Position numbers and translations under genes: made by a program. Below, one piece after another: positions 32,165-38,544 of a stretch of 44,865 nucleotides of DNA. Position 1 is the first letter of the stretch; each line of letters begins with the position of its first letter. Source of the stretch: Campylobacterales bacterium (GTDB lineage Bacteria > Campylobacterota > Campylobacteria > Campylobacterales > QNZT01). The notes under the pieces were generated by a model. That model saw only the letters and a program-made list of their open reading frames with translations, searched no databases and had not been told where the DNA came from. The stretch covers positions 1 to 44,865 of the forward strand of contig JALWKJ010000155.1 of the NCBI GenBank assembly GCA_027081495.1, given 5' to 3'.

Positions 32165-33169
32165 TTATGATTTTGCGATATGTAAAGCCATATCTATAAG
32201 TCTGCAGCTATAACCCCATTCATTGTCGTACCAAGCCATGACTTTGACGAAATTGCCCTCAACCACCTGAGTCAAATCGGCAGCCACTATAGCGCTGATA
32301 GGAGACCCGATAAAATCGGACGACACCCTTTTGTCGTAATCTACCTCTATATAGTTTTTCATATTCGCTTTTTGCGCCGCTTCAAAAGCCGCGTTTACCT
32401 CTTCTTTGGATGTCTTCTTTTTTACTACGACATTTAAATCGATCATGGAGACATCGGGAGTCGGCACGCGAATAGACTGACCGTTTAGTTTTCCCTTAAG
32501 ATGAGGCAAGACCAGACCTATGGCTTTTGCGGCTCCTGTAGTCGTAGGAATCATATTTACCGCGGCGGCTCTTGCCCGTCTTGGATCTTTTTTGTGCTTG
32601 ACATCGAGAATATTTTGATCGTTCGTATATGAATGAACCGTAGTCACAAGCCCTTTTTCTATTTCGAAAGAGTCGTCTATGACTTTTGTAACCGGCGCGA
32701 GACAGTTTGTCGTACAACTGGCGTTTGAGACGATTTTTTGACCGTTATATTCATGTTCGTTTACACCCATGACGAATGTCGCCGTCTCTTTATCTTTTGC
32801 GGGAGCCGAAAAAAGTACTTTTTTTATGCCTTTGTCCAAGTAAGGCTGCGATTTTTCCTGTGTATAAAACGCTCCGGTACACTCGAGCAAAACCTCGGCG
32901 CCATACTTCGCGAAATCAAGATTTTCGGGATCTCTATCGTTTAAAAATTTTACTTTCGATTTTCCAATCCGCATATAATCGTCTTCCAATATCTCTACGG
33001 TATCGTCAAATGTACCGTGAACGCTATCGTATTTTAAAAGATATCTCGTCATCTGCCGATCTGTCGTGTCGTTCACCGCAACAAGCTCGATATCGTCTCT
33101 GTCGTTAATGATTCTCGCGACACATCTTCCTATGCGCCCAAAACCGGTTATAGCCACTTTCAAAGCCAT
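32165..33169 (-). CDS. gap: Glyceraldehyde-3-phosphate dehydrogenase
   Basis: GFGRIGR, SNASCTTNCLAP catalytic Cys, WYDNEWGYS. Confidence 0.96.
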   Translation of the reverse strand: MALKVAITGFGRIGRCVARIINDRDDIELVAVNDTTDRQMTRYLLKYDSVHGTFDDTVEILEDDYMRIGKSKVKFLNDRDPENLDFAKYGAEVLLECTGAFYTQEKSQPYLDKGIKKVLFSAPAKDKETATFVMGVNEHEYNGQKIVSNASCTTNCLAPVTKVIDDSFEIEKGLVTTVHSYTNDQNILDVKHKKDPRRARAAAVNMIPTTTGAAKAIGLVLPHLKGKLNGQSIRVPTPDVSMIDLNVVVKKKTSKEEVNAAFEAAQKANMKNYIEVDYDKRVSSDFIGSPISAIVAADLTQVVEGNFVKVMAWYDNEWGYSCRLIDMALHIAKS

Positions 33170-33289
33170 TTATACCCCTTTAGTAAATTTTATGATAATA
33201 TATTTATCCAAACGGTCAAATATATTAAAAATATCGTAATAATATTTTATATTAATATTTTAAGTTAAATAAGGTTTAAAACAGTTTAA

Positions 33290-33877
33290 ATGAAAATAGC
33301 AATTTTCGGAGGAAGCTTCGATCCGCCGCATATAGGTCATCGACAAATCATACAAAAAGCCCTTCAAAAGCTTGATATAGACACGCTATTTGTCGTGCCG
33401 ACTTATTTGAATCCTTTTAAAGAAAATTTTTTCGCACCGCCGCATTTGAGATATAAATGGGTAAAAAAGTTACTTTTACCCTACAAAAAAGTAAAAGTTC
33501 TTGACTATGAGATAAAAAAAAACCGTCCCGTCTCTACATACGAAACACTATCTTATATTCAAAAAAAATACAATCCAAAAAAGATATATATCATAATCGG
33601 AGCGGATAATATCAAATCTTTAAAAAAATGGAAAAACTATAGAAAACTTGAAAAAAAAGTCGAATTTATCGTCGCTACGAGAAAAAATATTAAAATTCCC
33701 GCCAACTTGAAAAAACTCGAGGTAAATGCTAATATAAGTTCAACGGATTTAAGGGAAAAACCTGATTTAAAAGCTCTTCCGAAATCTATTGCAAACAAAA
33801 TTTTAAAATATTACAAATCTAAAAAACAAAAGGAACAAAATGGACGACAAAATCGAAACTATAGTACGCCTGCTTGA
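33290..33877 (+). CDS. nadD: Nicotinate-nucleotide adenylyltransferase
   Basis: IAIFGGSFDPPHIGH (HxGH) and ISSTDLR motifs. A Lys-rich tail overlaps rsfS by 38 nt. Confidence 0.88.
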   Translation: MKIAIFGGSFDPPHIGHRQIIQKALQKLDIDTLFVVPTYLNPFKENFFAPPHLRYKWVKKLLLPYKKVKVLDYEIKKNRPVSTYETLSYIQKKYNPKKIYIIIGADNIKSLKKWKNYRKLEKKVEFIVATRKNIKIPANLKKLEVNANISSTDLREKPDLKALPKSIANKILKYYKSKKQKEQNGRQNRNYSTPA

Positions 33878-34187
33878 CGATAAAAAAGCGGAAAATATAC
33901 AGGTATTTGACATGAGAGGCAAAGATTATCTAGTTGATGATGTAATCATAGCCACGACTTTAGGGCAAAAGCACGGCGACGCGCTGCTTGATTATTTAAA
34001 ACCGATTATTAAAGAACTCGGAGAATCCGTCCTTCATACCGATAAAGCCGATGAATGGATCGTCTTGGATCTCGGCGATATGCTAATTCACCTTATGACT
34101 CCCGAACACAGAACGAAATATAGTATAGAAGAGTTTCTCACTCGGCAAAAACAACAAAAAAATATTACGGATAGTTACATCGAGTAA
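33840..34187 (+). CDS. rsfS: Ribosome silencing factor RsfS/YbeB
   Basis: 115 aa with KKAENIQVFDM...DDVIIATTLGQKH...WIVLDLGDMLIHLMTPEHR. The nadD-rsfS pairing is conserved. Confidence 0.88.
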   Translation: MDDKIETIVRLLDDKKAENIQVFDMRGKDYLVDDVIIATTLGQKHGDALLDYLKPIIKELGESVLHTDKADEWIVLDLGDMLIHLMTPEHRTKYSIEEFLTRQKQQKNITDSYIE

Positions 34188-34265
34188 CATGATTTTATAG
34201 ATTGTAAATATTTTTGTTCAAATCGTAAATAAAAAGGCTAAACCGACCGATCTGTTTGAAGATCA

Positions 34266-34310
34266 ATCACCGCACCAACAAACATTCTTAATTTTTATTG
34301 GTGCGGTGAT
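34266..34310. repeat. Perfect 13-bp inverted repeat (copy 1 of a two-copy palindromic element)
   Basis: ATCACCGCACCAA - 19 nt AT-rich spacer - TTGGTGCGGTGAT, 20 nt upstream of the PAS gene ATG. A near-identical copy is at 44673..44714. Confidence 0.8.
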
Positions 34311-34329
34311 AAACAAATAAGGTTTTTAA

Positions 34330-34995
34330 ATGTTAGCCAGTAGAAAATATATATATCAAAATCTCGAAGAGAAAAAAGAGAGTATAGATATACCCGAAAA
34401 AGAGATAAAAAAGGTCAAAATAAAAAGACCTAAGCCTCTCGATGAAGAGATTGAGCTTTCCGCGAAAAAATATATCATGAGCAAAACCGATCCAAAAGGA
34501 ATCATAGAATACGGCAATGAATATTTTGTTGAAATAAGCGGTTACAAAGAGAGCGAACTTGTCGGAAAACCCCATAATATCATCAGACATCCCGATATGC
34601 CCAAAGTTATTTTTAAACTATTGTGGGATCGTCTCGAAAGCAGAAAAAATATCTACGCGATAGTCAAAAACCTATCAAAAAGCGGTCGTTACTACTGGGT
34701 TATCACCGATTTCGATATCAAAATAAACCGTGCGACAAATGAAGTTTTAGGCTATTTCGCATATAGAAAAGCCGCTCCTAAATACGCCGTCAAAGAGATC
34801 GAGAAACTCTACAAAAAATTAACGGAAATCGAAGCGGAAAGCGGAATGGACGGCTCGCAAAAATATCTAACGGGCTTTTTGGAAGCTAGAGGACAAACTT
34901 ACGACGAATATATAGACGATATTACACGAAATAAAGGCATAGCGAAACTTTGGTTTAAAGCGATGAAAAAATTCTTTTCAAAAAAAGGGCATTAA
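34330..34995 (+). CDS. Soluble Aer/CetB-type (FAD-binding class) PAS domain protein
   Basis: TDPKGIIEYGNEYFVEISGYKESELVGKPHNIIRHPDMPKVIFKLLWDRL...VKNLSKSGRYYWV closely follows the Aer N-terminal PAS signature (PHNxxRHPDMP). There is no TM, HAMP or MCP signalling domain. Confidence 0.8.
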   Translation: MLASRKYIYQNLEEKKESIDIPEKEIKKVKIKRPKPLDEEIELSAKKYIMSKTDPKGIIEYGNEYFVEISGYKESELVGKPHNIIRHPDMPKVIFKLLWDRLESRKNIYAIVKNLSKSGRYYWVITDFDIKINRATNEVLGYFAYRKAAPKYAVKEIEKLYKKLTEIEAESGMDGSQKYLTGFLEARGQTYDEYIDDITRNKGIAKLWFKAMKKFFSKKGH

Positions 34996-36098
34996 AACTT
35001 TTTCTCTAAAACGGCGGTAAATATCTTTTGACTAAGTTTTATTCTACGAATGAAACTCTCTTTGTTGGCTCTCTCATGCACGGTATGATCGCCGTCGCCG
35101 TAAGGTCCAAATCCGTCAAGCGTTATAACGCCCGCGCTTGAGACGATATTTGCATCGCTTACTCCGCCTCTTTTTTCCGCCTCGAGTTTAAAGCCGGATA
35201 TCTTTTCTATTTTTCGTAAAAAGTCAAGCTGCGCCGCAAAACTTTGCATCACATCTCTTTGTATATCTCCGCTAAGAGTCGATGAAGCGCCCTCGACAAA
35301 CGAACTGTTTACGATCTCAAAAAGCGACTTTAAAACTCTGTCTCTCTCGGTTGATAGAGCGTAACGAACCTCCAGCGTTAACCTTGCGTGAGGAGAAACG
35401 GTATTTGCTCCTATACCGCCCTCGATTATTCCCACATTTACGGTCGTCTCTTTTTCAAGATCGCTTAAATCCGTCAACGCGATCAATTTTCTTGCCGCTT
35501 CGAGATTTGCGTTTACGCCTTTTGTATAATGATTTCCGGCATGAGAAGCTCTGCCTTTTATATCTATGAAAAATGTTCCAACCCCTTTGCGCCCAGATAC
35601 GACTTCGTCATTTGCTCCCGCCGCCTCATATACGAGACAATAATCGTAATCTTTTGCGATATCTTTTGTTAAAAATTTAGAATCGTCGCTGCCGGTTTCT
35701 TCGTCGCTTACAAGCAGCATATCTATATTTACTATTTTTCCAAACTCTTTATAAGCGTTTCTAAGCGCGCTTAGGGCTACGAAATTTCCGCCTTTCATAT
35801 CGCAAACCCCCGGACCGTAAATCCACTCTTCGTCTTCGCTAAAATGTTCGAAGCTATTTGGAGGAAAAACCGTATCGAGGTGTCCTAGCAAAAGAAGCTT
35901 TTTCCCATCCTCCTTTTTACTTATAAAATGAAGATGATCTCCTATCTCTTCTCTTTTGTGTATAACCGTTTTAAATCCCAGCTCTTTCATCCAAGCGGTA
36001 AAAATTTTACCGTTTTTATCAACGCCTTCTTTATTTTTCGTATATGAATTGATATTTACGATTTTTGACAAGTCCGAAAAGTCAAACTTATTTTTCAT
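34992..36098 (-). CDS. M20 family metallopeptidase, glutamate-carboxypeptidase (CPG2)-like
   Basis: LLLLGHLDTVFP, GPGVCDMKGG, LLVSDEETGS and a C-terminal GDGDHTVHE, the full set of M20 metal and catalytic motifs. No signal peptide. Confidence 0.8.
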   Translation of the reverse strand: MKNKFDFSDLSKIVNINSYTKNKEGVDKNGKIFTAWMKELGFKTVIHKREEIGDHLHFISKKEDGKKLLLLGHLDTVFPPNSFEHFSEDEEWIYGPGVCDMKGGNFVALSALRNAYKEFGKIVNIDMLLVSDEETGSDDSKFLTKDIAKDYDYCLVYEAAGANDEVVSGRKGVGTFFIDIKGRASHAGNHYTKGVNANLEAARKLIALTDLSDLEKETTVNVGIIEGGIGANTVSPHARLTLEVRYALSTERDRVLKSLFEIVNSSFVEGASSTLSGDIQRDVMQSFAAQLDFLRKIEKISGFKLEAEKRGGVSDANIVSSAGVITLDGFGPYGDGDHTVHERANKESFIRRIKLSQKIFTAVLEKKF

Positions 36099-36178
36099 AT
36101 AATTCCTTTTTATATAGCGACCATTAATTAAAATTTACCTATAATTATACAACTAATATCATTTAGAAAGGATATCTT

Positions 36179-37099
36179 ATGTCCTCATATAATATCGGAA
36201 TGTGGATGTACCAAAACAGCGGCGGCGATAAAATCCAGCGGCGATTGATCGAGCTATTGAAAGAGAGGGGTATAACCGTGCATCCCAATCTTAATCTAAG
36301 ATACGCGAAGGTTCGAAACGGAAAAATAAATTGTGAAAATATCGTCATGGAAGAGCTTGATCTCTTCTTCTCCTACAATGCCGGAGAACAAACCCTTTAC
36401 CAGGTATATCTGTATGAAATGATCGATAAATTTATACCGACGATAAACAGTTTTGAAGCTTTCAGTCTCAGCGAAGATAAATTTAAAACCGCTCATCTGC
36501 TTAAACGAAACGGCGTAAACACGGCGGACTATGTACTTTGCCATAGAGACGAAGTAACGAATATCAGAGAAATTTTAAAAGAGTGGGGAGGAAAAGTAGT
36601 ATATAAACCGACCGACGGGTGGGGAGGCGTGGGACTTGTAAAGATAGAAAACGAAGCGGCTTTAGATATGCTTCTTCCGTTTTTAAATCAAACCGATATT
36701 CGCTACTTTTATCTCGAAAGATTTATCCAATACGACAACACGGACTTTAGAATAGACATCGTTGACGGAGAGTTTGTTTCATGTTACGGTCGTCGCGCTC
36801 CAAAAGACAACTGGAAAACAAATATCACAAGCGGCGGCTCCATCATGCTAAGAGAAGCAAACGACGAAGTTGTGGAAATAGCGAAAAAAGCGGTAAAAAT
36901 ATGCGGTTTGGACATAGCCGGGGTCGATTTGATCTATGACCTTGAAAAAGAGGAATACATTGTGCTGGAAGTTAATGGAATTCCCGCTTTCGCAACTCCG
37001 CAGCAAGAAAAAATGGGACTTGATTTCAATGAAAAAAAGATAGATCTTATCGTAGATCTGATCGAAAAAAAAGTAAAAGGACGCTTCCAAAATGGGTAA
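36179..37099 (+). CDS. RimK-family ATP-grasp ligase (alpha-L-glutamate-ligase-like) 1
   Basis: EDKFKTAHLLKRNGVNT, VYKPTDGWGGVGLVKIE, DFRIDIVDGEFVSCYGRRAPKDNWKTNITSGGS and GLDIAGVDLIYD...YIVLEVNGIP (D/E/N Mg ligands present). Confidence 0.82.
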   Translation: MSSYNIGMWMYQNSGGDKIQRRLIELLKERGITVHPNLNLRYAKVRNGKINCENIVMEELDLFFSYNAGEQTLYQVYLYEMIDKFIPTINSFEAFSLSEDKFKTAHLLKRNGVNTADYVLCHRDEVTNIREILKEWGGKVVYKPTDGWGGVGLVKIENEAALDMLLPFLNQTDIRYFYLERFIQYDNTDFRIDIVDGEFVSCYGRRAPKDNWKTNITSGGSIMLREANDEVVEIAKKAVKICGLDIAGVDLIYDLEKEEYIVLEVNGIPAFATPQQEKMGLDFNEKKIDLIVDLIEKKVKGRFQNG

Positions 37100-38510
37100 A
37101 AAGAGAAAAAACAGACAAAAATTGCCGAAAATCGGTTTTTTATATCTTGATTTCGTATTGAGATTTTTTGACAAATCAAATTTCCGCGGCTGGCCGGACA
37201 AAATAGAGACCGTCACTTATCACTGGAAAAACGATAAAAACAGATTTATAAAAGAGGTAAAACGAAAAAAGATCGATGTGTTGATAGGAAATATTCCCGC
37301 AACGGCTTACGAAACTTTCAGAGAGATAGCAAAAGAGCTTCCCCATGTACGGTTTATCCCCTCTTTGGATACTCAGTTTTCAAATAAATCCAAAGAGAAT
37401 GTAACGAGATTTTGCTGGAAATACGACATACCCGTACCTCAAACCTATATCTTCTACGACAGAAAAAAAGGTTATGAATTTATAGAAAAAACCACTTATC
37501 CGAAAATCGTCAAAAAGAGCTACGGTCCATCAAATTACGGAGGGTATTTCGTACACAAAGTCGATTCGAAAGAGGAAGCGAAAAAACTGTTTGATATAAA
37601 AAAATACCATCCTATGTATATGCAGGATTTCGTACCTATGCAAGCGGATGTCAGGGTTATGCTTATCGGACATAAGCCCGTTTGCGCTTTTTGGAGAAGA
37701 CCGCCGAAGGGAGAGTGGCTTACAAATACTTCTCAAGGCGGAAGTATGGATTATCAAAATGTTCCAAAAGAGCTTTTGGATTTGGCGGTTAAAGTTTCAA
37801 AAGCGGCAAACGCGGAGTATTGGGCATGCGACATAGCGGTGGGCAAAGACGGAAAATACCGAATATTGGAGTGCGCTACCGCATTTGCGGCTTTTCCTTA
37901 CATAAGAGACTGGATAGGACAATACCTGATGTGGAAATTAAGCGACGGGAGATTTAAAAAACCGAATATTCCGCTTTACAACTGGGAAGAACTCGGAAAA
38001 ATCGACACATCGCTTCTAAGAACCATGCGCTATATCACTTTCGGCAAATATACTCCAAGCTTTGACGGCGAATATTTCATGAAGAAGAAAAAAGCGACCA
38101 TAAAAGGTCAAAAAGAGGTTTTCGTACTGGATTCACTCTATCCTATGCTCGATACGAAAGATAGAAAAGGCGAAGAGTGGCCAAGCCGAAAATGGAATTT
38201 TCAAGACAAATATAGGCTAAAAAGTATTAAAACGATGGAAGTAGAACGAATCGACGGCGACGAATCGTCTATAAACACCGAATCGGTAAGCGACGAAGCT
38301 TTTTTCGAATATCTCTCGACCGCCGCCAAAGAAGAGGGTTTTGGAAAGAAAAAAGCGAAACGGCTTCTTCAAGAACACGGTAAAGAGGAGTTAATAAAAA
38401 CTCTTGAAAAGAGTCCCGAAAAATTAAAACGGATGAAAGGAATCAAGAAAAAAAGATTTAAAAAACTACTCGACGGATGGGAGAGATTTAAACGGATATT
38501 TATGGTATAA
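37092..38510 (+). CDS. Divergent RimK-like ATP-grasp protein 2 with a long C-terminal extension ending in a basic (HhH)2-like tail
   Basis: KKSYGPSNYGGYFVHKV, DVRVMLIGHKPVCAFWRRPPKGEWLTNTSQGGS and ACDIAVGKDGKYRILECATAF; the usual E-x-N reads E-C-A. About 190 extra C-terminal residues end in GFGKKKAKRLL...LKRMKGIKKKRFKKLL. The start overlaps the stop of ligase 1 by 8 nt. Confidence 0.75.
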   Translation: MGKKRKNRQKLPKIGFLYLDFVLRFFDKSNFRGWPDKIETVTYHWKNDKNRFIKEVKRKKIDVLIGNIPATAYETFREIAKELPHVRFIPSLDTQFSNKSKENVTRFCWKYDIPVPQTYIFYDRKKGYEFIEKTTYPKIVKKSYGPSNYGGYFVHKVDSKEEAKKLFDIKKYHPMYMQDFVPMQADVRVMLIGHKPVCAFWRRPPKGEWLTNTSQGGSMDYQNVPKELLDLAVKVSKAANAEYWACDIAVGKDGKYRILECATAFAAFPYIRDWIGQYLMWKLSDGRFKKPNIPLYNWEELGKIDTSLLRTMRYITFGKYTPSFDGEYFMKKKKATIKGQKEVFVLDSLYPMLDTKDRKGEEWPSRKWNFQDKYRLKSIKTMEVERIDGDESSINTESVSDEAFFEYLSTAAKEEGFGKKKAKRLLQEHGKEELIKTLEKSPEKLKRMKGIKKKRFKKLLDGWERFKRIFMV

Positions 38511-38511
38511 T
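38503..38511 (+). promoter_or_regulatory. Extended -10 box (TGGTATAAT) overlapping the stop of ATP-grasp 2
   Basis: TGnTATAAT consensus 34 nt upstream of the M14 ATG, with GGAG 5 nt before the ATG. The same 12-mer TATGGTATAATC recurs at 42494. Confidence 0.45.
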
Positions 38512-38544
38512 CACCGCTTAGCATCTAACCCACTATGGAGCATT

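Noticed and set aside
36099-36178. Graspetide/microviridin-type RiPP hypothesis (two ATP-grasp ligases might imply a precursor peptide)
   Set aside because: There is no room for a precursor ORF in the 80-bp upstream region or between the ligases. No transporter or acetyltransferase is present, and the ligase motifs look RimK-like. It is kept only as an alternative to test.
36848-37216. 122-aa and 81-aa minus-strand ORFs spanning the junction of the two ATP-grasp genes
   Set aside because: They are antisense to two motif-supported genes, and their low-complexity F/I/K-rich translations look spurious.
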